Assembly (NCBI GenBank): GCA_951406725.2
Contig: OX597836.1
Span: 41,912,001-41,976,000, forward strand
From: Octopus vulgaris
Lineage: Eukaryota
Direction of reading: 5' to 3'
Length of the DNA stretch: 64,000 nt
The notes under the pieces were generated by a model. That model had not been told where the DNA came from and did not search any database. It was given only the letters and a program-made list of their open reading frames with translations. The translations under genes and the position numbers were made by a program. Shown here piece after piece: positions 25,791 to 36,630 of the stretch (positions are counted from its first letter, which is position 1; each line of letters begins with the position of its first letter).

Positions 25791-26003
25791 TAATACAAGA
25801 TAAGAAAATGGAGAAATACATCTAAATCAAATATCAATTACCAGATAATACCCAATCACATAATTTATTAATCCACTACATATGAACATCAAGGTCAGAC
25901 CTTGATGTTCATATGTAGTGGATTAATAAATTATGTGATTGGGTATTATCTGGTAGTTAATAATTGATTTAGATGTATTTCTCCATTTTCTTATTTTGTA
26001 GTA
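25791..26003. repeat. Near-perfect palindrome: ~105-bp arms, 1-nt spacer at 25897
   Basis: ...TATGAACATCAAGGTC-A-GACCTTGATGTTCATA...; the arms extend to GAAAATGGAGAAATAC/GTATTTCTCCATTTTC. Confidence 0.92.
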
Positions 26004-26084
26004 TATATATATATATATATATATATAACTTTGATAACTTTGACGGTTTTCGGCCAGTATAAGCCCAGGCCATGTCTAACTCAA

Positions 26085-26100
26085 TAGCGCCACCTGGTGA
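26085..26100 (-). promoter_or_regulatory. CTCF-motif match
   Basis: The reverse complement TCACCAGGTGGCGCTA matches the CTCF core CCASYAGRKGGCRS except at its first base. Motif evidence only. Confidence 0.4.
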
Positions 26101-26432
26101 AGTCTTTTAATCATATATGGGGCACCAGTCCACTCGACCAAAGAGTTACTATTGTTGGAGACATATCCGGGTGCAGGAGGATGGTCCGGGATTTTTTGAA
26201 GAAATTTGTCCTGTGAACATTTGAATTTTATGGGATCTGTTTACGTTTTGACGTATATTGGTGTGGCATTAAAGAGAGCTGTACCGGTTGAGGGAAATTA
26301 ATTGTGACGTAATGTTGCTATGTGTGCGAGTTCAAGTTTTGTAGTGGGCGGTCATCACGGAGGCCAAGTCTTGGATCGATTTTAAAATTGCTGCCAACAT
26401 CATTTGTACAATATTGATGGAATATTTTCCAC

Positions 26433-26836
26433 GAGTGGCTGTGTGGTAAGTAGCTTGCTAACCAACCACATGGCTCTGGGTTCAGTCCCACTGCGTGGCA
26501 TCTTGGGCAAGTGTCTTCTGCTATAGCCTCGGGCCGACCAAAGCCTTGTGAGTGGATTTGGTAGACGGAAACTGAAAGAAGCCTGTCGTATATATGTATA
26601 TATATATACATGTATGTATGTATGTGTGTGTATATGTTTGTGTGTTTGTCCCTCTAGCATTGCTTGACAACCGATGCTGGTGTGTTTACTTCCCCGTCAC
26701 TTAGCGGTTCGGCAAAAAGAGAGCGATAGAATAAGTACTAGGTTTACAAAGAATAAGTCCCGGGGTCGATTTGCTCGACTAAAGGCGGTGCTCCAGCATG
26801 GCCGACGTCAAATGACTGAAACAAGTAAAAGAGTAA
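26433..26836 (+). mobile_element. SINE family A
   Basis: Family match. Confidence 0.9.
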
Positions 26837-26894
26837 ATAACACAAATGATAGTAGCGCTCCCGGCGGCGTTGGAGGGATTAGGGACTGAGTTTT

Positions 26895-27195
26895 TAGTCG
26901 ACCCCCCCCCCCCAATAATCAATGCCTCTCATGCCGTCTATCTTTCTTGTCATTGACCTCTGGAGTGTTTCTACTTTCATAATGAGTTGTTTCGTAGGGG
27001 GGGGGGGGCACAATGGGTAGCAGTACTCAAGGTGGGGTCGGGCAAAAGTAGAGTAGTGAAGGATGATGGTGTAGGCATCTCTAGACTGGAAGTTCTCAGA
27101 ATCTAGGAGCACATCTTGCGGGCCAAGTCAACCTTGCTGTTTATGTGGGAGCTCCAGCTTAGATTATTATCAACAATTACTCAAAGATCTCTGGT
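26895..27195 (-). pseudogene. CR1/L2-type LINE ORF2 C-terminal remnant
   Basis: YSTFARPHLEYCYPLC...KVETLQRSMTRKIDGMRGIDY, matching the RP.LEY...W.P...E.VQRR motif. Confidence 0.75.
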
Positions 27196-27268
27196 GTAGG
27201 CAATCATGTGAATAAACAAATTAAATATACCAGATATAAAAGCTTGGGTATGAAATACAAAATATGTC

Positions 27269-27435
27269 CAGGAGTGGCTGTCTGGTAAGTAGCTTGCTTA
27301 CCAACCACATGGTTCCGGGTTCACTCCCGCTGCGTGGCACCTTGGGCAAGTGTCTTCTACTATAGCCTCGGGCCGACCAAAGCCTTGTGAGTGGATTTGT
27401 TAGACGGAAACTGAAAGAAGCCCGTTGTATGTATT

Positions 27436-27475
<40 letters not shown>

Positions 27476-28340
27476 CGCGCGTGCGCGCGTGTGTGTGTAT
27501 GCATGTATGTATGTATGTATGTATGTATGTATGTATGTACGTATGTCAGGTCACTTTCGAGTGCTACTGGTAACATGTAACCCAGTACAACCTGTTGCAT
27601 GGTCGGGTCGTCGGCGACTAAACCGGCAACTCCACCAAGCTTGCTTGGTGAGGAGGGTGTTTATTGGACACCCTGCGGGATGAAAAACAAAACCCGTCAA
27701 AGGGTGGAGGAACTCTTGAGAGTCAACGGCCATCCTATAAATGTGTTAAGGCTGTATCATGCGCGGGGACATAGAAATAATCGGACTGAATACCCGATCG
27801 CGCGGTTAAACCATTGGGAGTGAAGGACTCCCAGCCTTTGTTAGGGCATCCTTCTAGGAGAAGGTAACTCTGGTAACTGGGATAACTCCGACATAAAACC
27901 TGCGGCTCAGTGGTTACCGATGATGTTGACTTGTTCTTCTTTTCGGATTATGGCTGTTGTTGCTTAGTGAGTGGGATTGACTCTGTGCACAGCCTTTCCT
28001 CACTTTAAAAAAATCTTCTTGCACAAGCATTGCACAATGATAACATTGATTAAGCTTCGTGCAGTGGCCATACTCGATAACGAGGGGGCAACCACCATGT
28101 ATGTATGTATGTATGTATGTATGTATGTATGTATGTATGTATGTATGTATGTATGTATGTGTGTGCATATGTTTGTGTGTGTTTGTCCTCACAACATCGC
28201 TTGACAACCGATGCGGGTATTTACGTCCCCGTAACTTAGCGGTTCCGCAAAAAGAGACCGATAGAATAAGTACTTGGCTTACGAGGAATAAGTCCTGGGG
28301 TCGACTTGCTCGACTAAAGGCAGTGCTCCAGCATGGCCGC
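27269..28340 (+). mobile_element. SINE family A split by a (TATG)n-embedded element
   Basis: Head at 27269-27430; the body resumes at about 28170. Confidence 0.85.
27545..28096 (+). mobile_element. (TATG)n-embedded non-coding retroelement, full length
   Basis: Starts GTCAGGTCACTTTCGAGTG like the 48575-49127 copy; ends GAGGGGGCAACCACC(ATGT)n. Confidence 0.82.
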
Positions 28341-28396
28341 AAAATTTCAAGCCTTGTGCCTTTAGTAGAAAGGATTATTATTATTATTATTAGTTT

Positions 28397-28402
28397 GTAG
28401 TT

Positions 28403-28467
<65 letters not shown>

Positions 28468-28558
28468 GGTGGTGGTGGTGGTAGTAGTAGAAGTAGTGGT
28501 GGTGGTGGTGGTGGTGGTAGTGGTGGTGGTGGTAGTAGTAGTGGTGGTGGTGGTGGTG

Positions 28559-28656
<98 letters not shown>

Positions 28657-28684
28657 GGTGGTGGTGGTGGTGGTGGTGGTGGTG

Positions 28685-28783
<99 letters not shown>

Positions 28784-28810
28784 CTAGTAGTAGTAGTAGT
28801 AGTAGTAGTA
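28397..28810. repeat. (TAG)n/(TGG)n compound microsatellite
   Basis: Direct reading of the sequence. Confidence 0.95.
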
Positions 28811-28942
28811 GCAGCTGCAGCAACAGCCATTTCGCGCTGTAGGAAATAGCGCTTAGTTATAAAAAGGTCTCTGGTGATGATAGCATACCGAATGTCTACG
28901 AACATTCCATTTCGAAGTGAAACAACAACAACACCAACGACG

Positions 28943-28975
<33 letters not shown>

Positions 28976-29147
28976 GCAGCAGCAGCAGTAGCAGCAGCAG
29001 CAGCAACAGAAATAACAAGTGCACCGACATGAAAGCAGTCAACTAAGATTACATCGCCTAACTATAAACAACGGCGATGTAGCTGAAATTTGAAACCCTT
29101 GCAGACTACATCAATATTGAAGACTTTGTTACTATTATTATTGTTAT

Positions 29148-29365
29148 TGAGTGAGTGAGAGAGCAGTGCATGCCATCAAAGTGACACTGGGGTACAAATA
29201 TACGAAGCCCCAGTATACCCATCACGACTACCCGTCTGATAAGGGTACACCAGGCACATACGTCACAACCACTCTATTAGTCTGCAGGTATTTTCTTCCC
29301 CGTCTTTAACAATTATGTCTGGTCCATTAGCCTTGATCGTTCTGTCAGTGTTGGCTGGAAAATCC

Positions 29366-29366
<1 letters not shown>
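29148..29366 (-). mobile_element. R4/Dong-like endonuclease fragment fused to the 3' end of the (AAT)n-embedded repeat
   Basis: 29272-29366 encodes DFPANTDRTIKANGPDIIVKDGEENTCRLIE (restriction-like PD-D domain). It joins directly to TGGTTGTGA...CTCACTCAATA. Confidence 0.8.
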
Positions 29367-29424
<58 letters not shown>

Positions 29425-29434
29425 GTTGTTGTTG

Positions 29435-29469
<35 letters not shown>

Positions 29470-29492
29470 ATTATAATAATTATTATTATTAT

Positions 29493-29727
29493 TGAGTGAG
29501 AGAGCAGTGCATGCCATCAAAGTGACACTGGGGTACAAATATACGAAGCCCAATACACCCATCACGACTACCTGTCTCATAAGGGTACACTAGGCATATT
29601 CCCCACAACCATATGTGCGCAACATGGTGATCTCATATCAAGATAAACAGCACATGACCTTGCAGGTGGGGCCCAGTTAGAATTTTCTTCAGGTCGAGTA
29701 ACCCATCCTGCTCAAAAGGTCCCTGAA

Positions 29728-29788
<61 letters not shown>

Positions 29789-30021
29789 GAGTGAGAGAAC
29801 AGTGCATGCTATCAAAGTGACACTGGGGTAAAATATACGAAGCCCAGTATACCCATCATGACTACCCGTCTGATAAGGGTACACCAGGCACATGCATCAC
29901 AACCATATGTGCGCAACATGGTGATCTCATATCAAGATAAACAGCGCATGACCTTGCAGGTGGGGCCCAGTTAGAATTTTGTTCTGGTCGAGGAGCCCAT
30001 CCCGCTCAAGAGGTCCCTGAA

Positions 30022-30076
<55 letters not shown>

Positions 30077-30225
30077 GAGTGAGAGAGCAGTTCATGCCAT
30101 CAAAGTGACACTGGGGTAAAATATACTAAGCCCAGTATACCCATCATGACTACCTGTCTGATAAGGGTACACCAGACACATGCATCAGAACGATATGTGC
30201 ACGACATGGTGATCTCATATCCAGA
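29493..30225 (-). mobile_element. Three tandem 5'-truncated copies of the (AAT)n-embedded repeat (29493-29727, 29788-30021, 30076-30225)
   Basis: Same 3' end in each copy, separated by (ATT)n. Confidence 0.85.
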
Positions 30226-30239
30226 TCTCATATCCAGAG

Positions 30240-31330
30240 TTAGCACCCCTGGACAGTTTGGTGAATCGAACTTCAACGCTGTACATTTCCAGAGATTTCA
30301 GTACCGCGTTCATCACGACGCTATCGAAGGAGTTTTCAGAGTCTACAAAAGAGACGTACAAAAAAAAAAGATTGCGTTCTTCCGCTCATTCTGTAAGCTA
30401 TGCTCGAATTAATATGTGATCCATCTACTGTAGTTCATACAGAAACCTACTTCCTCTTTCGGCTGATCATTGAGATGCTTCGATAGTATGGTAACTCTAA
30501 ATTCGGAAACAGATCAAAGAAAGGGGATCTTTTCGGTTTGAACGGCAGTTTTTTAAAATGATTTCCACGTAACTAAACACTTTTAAACTTCGTATACTGG
30601 TAGAATGTACTTATAAAACATCTTTTTCTCTTGGTTTTATTGAGAAAATTCTATAGTTTATAAAATATTTGGTTTTTTTTCTTCAATTTCTTCAATTTCA
30701 ACCAATCAATGACGTCTATTGAGGTGAAAACATTCTGTGCCGTATGAATATGTCCCTCATTTAAGAAACAGATTGGGTTTATTTACATTTCTGAAGAAAA
30801 AAAGATACCCTTCCCCCACCCCTAACCCTAACCCTAACTAACCCTAACCCTAAAACAGATTGAAATGCAAAAGATCGATACTAGGTTCATAATTATGGGT
30901 GACAATTTCATATGACACCGCTAGAAAAAACTGCCGTTCAAACCGAAAAGATCCAATAAAGGTTACACAAGAGACCTTTGGGTCAATAGCTTCTTAAATC
31001 TCCTTTATTAACCTTCTTATGAAGTAAGATGGTGTTCGACACTTCGCAATGACGCTATTTTACTCCTTCAAATAGCAATAGAAGCGTAGAATGTGGATTT
31101 CTCACGGCTCTTTACCTGCACACCTAAACATTTCTCTTGTTATGCCATCTTTTCTTAGAGCTTTGTCTGCCTTCATCAGCTTGAGATCATTTTCAGTTTC
31201 CATGACCAGAACAGGTGGCTCTTCGTTCAGCATTTGCGATGGTGAAGGATCGAGCTTCACTAATGATTTCAAAATATTAGTATGGAAGGCCTTGCATGCC
31301 TCTTCCATCTCCTCTTTGTCTATTACTGTC
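30240..31330 (-). pseudogene. Decayed RTE-type reverse transcriptase, interrupted by a MITE
   Basis: MKADKALRKDGITREMFR (KAPG.DGI..E motif) and YVSFVDSENSFDSV (FVD.EKAFDSV motif). Confidence 0.7.
30525..30954. mobile_element. MITE with ~29-bp TIRs, 8-bp TSD and internal (CCCTAA)n
   Basis: GGATCTTTTCGGTTTGAACGGCAGTTTTT...AAAAACTGCCGTTCAAACCGAAAAGATCC, flanked by AAGAAAGG and AATAAAGG. Confidence 0.88.
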
Positions 31331-31377
31331 AACCTGTCCTATTCTTAAGTGTTGTCACTACTGTATCATATATAAAT

Positions 31378-31576
31378 GTGACCTCGTGTGTACCGTTGGC
31401 GATTTTTTTTCCTCTGTCTTCCCTTCTCTGGATCTTTCCTTCTCCTAGGTTTCCGACGAAGAGCTCCGCTCGAAACGTTAAACCCTCCTTCTTTCCTTCT
31501 TTCCTGAGCCTCCAATAATACTATATTTGTTCCACGTCCTCGCGTTGTTGTGTTTTTTGTGCTTTCTTGTTTGGAT

Positions 31577-31581
<5 letters not shown>
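31378..31581 (+). mobile_element. (TA)n-associated ~200-bp element P1 (PLE pseudo-LTR/retrozyme-like)
   Basis: Second copy at 60061-60265; carries a hammerhead motif; ends in (TA)n. Confidence 0.7.
31448..31484 (+). ncRNA. Minimal hammerhead motif, variant core CCGACGA
   Basis: GGTTT-CCGACGA-A-GAGC tcc GCTC-GAAA-CG-TT-AAACC. Confidence 0.6.
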
Positions 31582-31634
<53 letters not shown>

Positions 31635-31636
<2 letters not shown>

Positions 31637-31827
31637 CGCAGGAGTGGCAGTGTGGTAAGTAGCTTGCTTCCCAACTACATAGTTCCGGGTTCAGTCCCAC
31701 TGCGTGGCACCTTGGGCAAGTGTCTTCTACTATAGCCTCGGGCCGACCAAAGCCTTGTGAGAGGATTAGGTGGACGGAAACTGAAAGAAGCCCGTCGTAT
31801 GCATATGTGTGTGTGTGTGAGTGTGTT

Positions 31828-31889
<62 letters not shown>

Positions 31890-31975
31890 TGTGTGTTTCT
31901 ACTCCCACCATCGCTTGACAACAGATGCTGGTGTGTTTACGTCTCCGTAACTTAGCGGTTCGGCGAAAGATGCCG
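31635..31975 (+). mobile_element. SINE family A, 3' part missing
   Basis: Family match. Confidence 0.85.
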
Positions 31976-31990
31976 ATCGATCTATCTATC

Positions 31991-32022
<32 letters not shown>

Positions 32023-32334
32023 AATGGGAATCGTTATATCCTTAACGTGGACGCATTACTACGACGCTGAATACTGCGGTATTCCCTTTGAGAGATTCTC
32101 TCATGTAGATGTACTGTATTGTGCAGTCATATATGATTACCAGACAAAAACCGTCTCGTTCGGGCGCTGGAACTGTCAGATCGCGAGATTTCAGCCTACA
32201 CGCGCTTTCTCAGTGGCAGGCGTCCTTTCGCCGCGCATTAATATGGCGTTCTAATAATATACCCACGTTAAGTAGGATACAAAGATTGGCATTCAATATC
32301 ATTACTGCTTCACTTCGCTAATAATGATCATGGA

Positions 32335-32397
<63 letters not shown>

Positions 32398-32402
32398 TAT
32401 AT

Positions 32403-32810
32403 AGGCGCAGGAGTGGCTGTGTGGTAAGTAGCTTGCTAACCAACCACATGGTTCCGGGTTCAGTCCCACTGCGTGGCATCTTGGGCAAGTGTCTTCTGCT
32501 ATAACCCCGGGCCGACCAATGCCTTGTGAGTGGATTTGGTAGACGGAAACTGAAAGAAGCCTGTCGTATATATGTATATATATATGTGTGTGTATGCGTT
32601 TGTATGTCTGTGTTTGTCCCCCTAGCATTGTTTGACAACCGATGCTGGTGTATTTATGTCCCCATCACTTTGTGGTTCGGCAAAAGAGACCGATAGAATA
32701 AGTACTGGGCTTACAAAAGAATAAGTCCCGGGGTCGATTTGCTCGATTAAAGGTGGTGCTCCAGCATGGCCGCAGTCAAATGACTGAAACATGTAAAAGA
32801 GTAAAGAGTA
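32403..32810 (+). mobile_element. SINE family A
   Basis: Family match. Confidence 0.9.
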
Positions 32811-33416
32811 TATATACACACACTAGCATAATCACATAACAGCGTGTGTGTATGTGTGTGTGCCTTTCTGTTAGTACATGTGTGTTTAAAACTACTACTA
32901 AGCAATTCAGTCATTTAGCCAACTTGGTATTTACTCGTTCGTACAGTCTAAAGAACTCGTCTGCTTGCGAAAGAAAAAGAAAAAGAACGAAAAAGACAAA
33001 GGAAATCAAAGAGAGAAACGGAAGATAAAAAGAGAAAGCTGAGAAAGAGAGAGAGAGAGAGCGGGTGTACTTATTCTAACTAAGTTAGATTTTGCCATCA
33101 AACTTATAATATTAATTTCCTTACTGATGGCAGAGTCGCCGTTAGAATTTACCAAACGACCGATTATACTCCAATCATTTCTCTATAATCCCGTAATAGA
33201 TTAATACTGCATAGCTATGAAACTAGCGTGATATGTACTAATATTGCGACTACATAAACTGTATCATTTATCTAACAATCAAAAGATTATTATACGCTTA
33301 TACATACTCACACACATATCCATATATATGCATGTACACACACATATGACTGTATGTGTGTGTATAAATATATCTCTATATCTCTATGTATATATATCTA
33401 TACATATTTATGTACA

Positions 33417-33447
<31 letters not shown>

Positions 33448-33677
33448 GCATATACAATTATGTATATAAAGAAACATACATATATGTATGCACACACACA
33501 CACACATATATATAATTATATATAATTATATATATGTATATATATTATATTTATGGATGTGGGTATGTATTTAAATATACATACATACGTATATATATGT
33601 TTGTGTGTGTGCATGTGTATGCGTATGTATGTACGCATATATATAATAATACTTATGTAGAGGTATATATAATTATA

Positions 33678-33729
<52 letters not shown>

Positions 33730-33813
33730 CATACATACATACATGCATACATACATTCATACATACATACATACATATATATGTGTGTGAGTGTGTGTGT
33801 GTGTGAAAGAGAG

Positions 33814-33880
<67 letters not shown>

Positions 33881-34217
33881 CGAATCGCCAGACAATCATG
33901 GAACGTTCTGTTTGGAAACCAATGCTGTTTATAAATTATCTTGCTAATACGGAGACACTTACATCGGTTCAGCGAAACGGCAATTACGACAGAAAATCGC
34001 AGAACAAAGCAAGATACACCTACCAACACCACTACCCCGACTACCACCGCCAAAACCACCCTCTACCACTTCTACTACTACTACCACAACCATCATTAGG
34101 ATACTATTCCTGTTGAGCCTAAGATTCCAGGGAGAATATATACAAGTACACATCTTAGTGGGAGCATACAGATGCCGTATACCTTTTTCATTTGTTTTTT
34201 GTTTTCATTATTTTCAG

Positions 34218-34290
34218 AGAGCGGAGCCTGAACCGCAAAGACGAGCTGGAGAGGGAGAAATACATATTCTGACCCTTTGTCCAGTAAAAG
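34218..34290 (+). CDS. Candidate spliced exon of an unidentified gene
   Basis: Long T-rich tract plus TTTTCAG acceptor and AAG|GTCAGT donor. The frames give ERSLNRKDELEREKYIF* or the open RAEPEPQRRAGEGEIHILTLCPVK. No homology recognised. Confidence 0.35.
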
Positions 34291-34347
34291 GTCAGTAGTA
34301 CTCTACGTATCCCTGTGTTCCTCGCTACGTCCTTACATTGATATCTG

Positions 34348-34575
34348 TTTCTTTACTACCCACAAGGGGCTAAACACAGAGGGGACAAACAAGGACAGAG
34401 AAACGGATTAAGTCGATTATATCGACCCCAGTGCGTAACTGGTACTTAATTTATCGACCCCGAAAGGATGAAAGGCAAAGTCGACCTCGGCGGAATTTGA
34501 AGCCAGAACGTAACAGCAGACATAATACGGCTACGCATTTCGTCCGGCGTGCTAACGTTTCTGCCAGCTCGCCGT
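34348..34575 (-). mobile_element. SINE family B
   Basis: Family match. GTCCTTACATTGATATC is duplicated at the flanks. Confidence 0.9.
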
Positions 34576-34802
34576 CCTTACATTGATATCACGTGTCAAA
34601 ATTTAAGGCTGACACTTTTGAGTGAAGGTGTACACACACACACACACACACGCACATATTATATACAATAATCTCTCGACTATCGCGGGTGTTACGTTCC
34701 AATCCTCCCACAGAAATATTTAAAATCTTAAAAAATATAATATCTAACGGCCGGAGAAAGTTACGATGCGCTGAGGAGTCCGCGATATAAATTTACATAT
34801 AT

Positions 34803-35690
34803 AGGAGTAGGAGTGGCTGTGTGGTAAGTAGCCTCCTTACGAACCACATGGTTCCGGGTTCAGTCCCACTACGTGGAATATTGAGCAAGTGTCTTCTACT
34901 ATAGCCTCGGGCCGACCAAAGCCTTGTGAGTGGTTTTGGTAGACTGAATGTATGTATGTATGTATGTATGTATGTATGTATGTATGTATGTATGTATGTA
35001 TTTATGTATGTGTATATGTTTGTGTGTCTGCGTTTGTCCCCCCCCCCCCCAACATTGCTTGACAACCGCTGCTGGTGTGCTAACGTAACTTAGCGGTACA
35101 GCAAAAGAGACCGATAGAATAAATACTAGGCTTGCAAAGAATAAGTCCTGGGGTCGATTTGCTCAATCTCATCATCATTGTTCGACCGTGGTCGAGACAA
35201 TGAAATTTACCATGCTACGCCAGACTTCACGGTCCATCATGGCATTACGGAGGTCCTGTTGCTGGATGCCTGTATCCCTGGAGATTACATCAGGGTAGGA
35301 GAGTGTGAGCCCTCTGGTATTGCGAGTAGATGGCTTCCAGAGGAGAAGAGTAGAAATTACCTCTTTTTCAGCTCTACAACAATGTCCAGTAAACTGGACT
35401 CTCCTACCTTTCACAAGAGATGGTACAGGTGGTAGTTTCTCATATATTTGTACTTTGGTTGGATGACGCTTCCATGAGAGATTTTGAGCTCTCATAAGGA
35501 GGCGAGTATAGGTTCCATCCAACCGCCTCTCAAGCTTCTTTGATAACGTCCAGGTTTCTGAGCCATATAGTAGAATTGGTTCGACTGTGGCTTTGAAGAT
35601 TTCAAGTTTGCTCGATCTACTAAAGGCGGTGCTCCAGCATGGCCACAGTCAAATGACTGAAACAAGTAAAAGAGAGTAAAAGAGAGGAAA
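34803..35690 (+). mobile_element. SINE family A interrupted by an RTE LINE
   Basis: The SINE sequence resumes at about 35607. Confidence 0.85.
35170..35606 (-). mobile_element. 5'-truncated RTE/RTE-X LINE, same family as 18005
   Basis: ORF end LLMRAQNLSWKRHPT...DREVWRSMV, (GAT)n tail and TSD TTTGCTC(A/G)ATCT. Confidence 0.9.
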
Positions 35691-36294
35691 AAAAGAGTAT
35701 ATTAGCCGGAAAAATCCACGATGTGCTGAGTGCGCGATAGGTGAGCCGCGATGTACTGCGTTCGCGATAGGTGAACCGCGATATAGCGAGGGGTTACTGT
35801 ATATCCTTTGTATCTTTAATCTTTTACGACGACGGACTTCTTTCAGTTTCCGTCTACCAAATCCACTCACAACGCTTTGGTCAAGCCGGGGCGCGATTTT
35901 TTTTTCCCACGCGATTTTTTTTCCGGACCCCAGTTAGGAACTCATTTGCATACAGCCAATCAGAGCTCAACTATATACGACGGGCTTCTTCCAGTTTCTA
36001 TCTTCTAAATTCCCTCACAAAGTTTTGGTCGGCCCGAGGCTGTAGTAGAAGACACTTGCCCAATGTGCCATGCAGCGGGACTGGACCCGGAACTATGTGG
36101 TTGAGAAACAATGCAGATATGAAGTGGTGAGTCTGATCTGTAGCCCGTATGGTGACAATTCTTCACATAATTCGGCCTTATCAAAATTCATATGTGGCAT
36201 GCGAAATATTTTAACAGTTTTTATACGATTCCTAATAACACTTAATTGATTAAATATATATATATATACTTAATCAATTAAGTGTTATATCATG

Positions 36295-36326
<32 letters not shown>

Positions 36327-36330
<4 letters not shown>

Positions 36331-36588
36331 CATGATCACCGTGACCGACCAGGCTATCAGATGTTGCTACGCATCGCTCATCACAATGCGCTTCGCAGTG
36401 TTTTAGCCTTCAAATGACGCCACACCGCTGGCTAAGCGAGCAGGCCAACAGAAGAAAGAGTGAGAGAAAGTTGTGGCGAAAGAGTACAACAGGGTTCGCC
36501 ACCATGCCCTGCCGGAGCCTCGTGGAGCTTTAGGTGTTTTCGCGATCCTACGACCGCGAGTCCGCTGCCCTAACCACTGGGCCATTGC

Positions 36589-36591
<3 letters not shown>
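36327..36591 (-). mobile_element. SINE family C, tail B, with an internal deletion
   Basis: Head and core plus TGTTGGCCTGCTCGCTTAGCC...CTGGTCGGTCACGGTGAT. Confidence 0.85.

Positions 36592-36628
<37 letters not shown>

Positions 36629-36630
<2 letters not shown>

Larger units (their letters stand above)
34666..35799. mobile_element. pogo/Tigger-like MITE hosting a nested SINE and LINE
   Basis: TA|CAATAATCTCTCGACTATCGCGG ... CCGCGATATAGCGAGGGGTTACTG|TA, with subterminal CGCGATAGGTGA repeats. Confidence 0.65.

Noticed and set aside
28362-28905. Poly-Thr mucin-like ORFs here and at 61119-61874
   Set aside because: Pure (TAG/TGG)n microsatellites with no signal peptide, convincing splice context or flanking domains.
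30819-30853. (CCCTAA)n as a telomere or chromosome fusion scar
   Set aside because: Internal to a MITE that occurs twice in the window.
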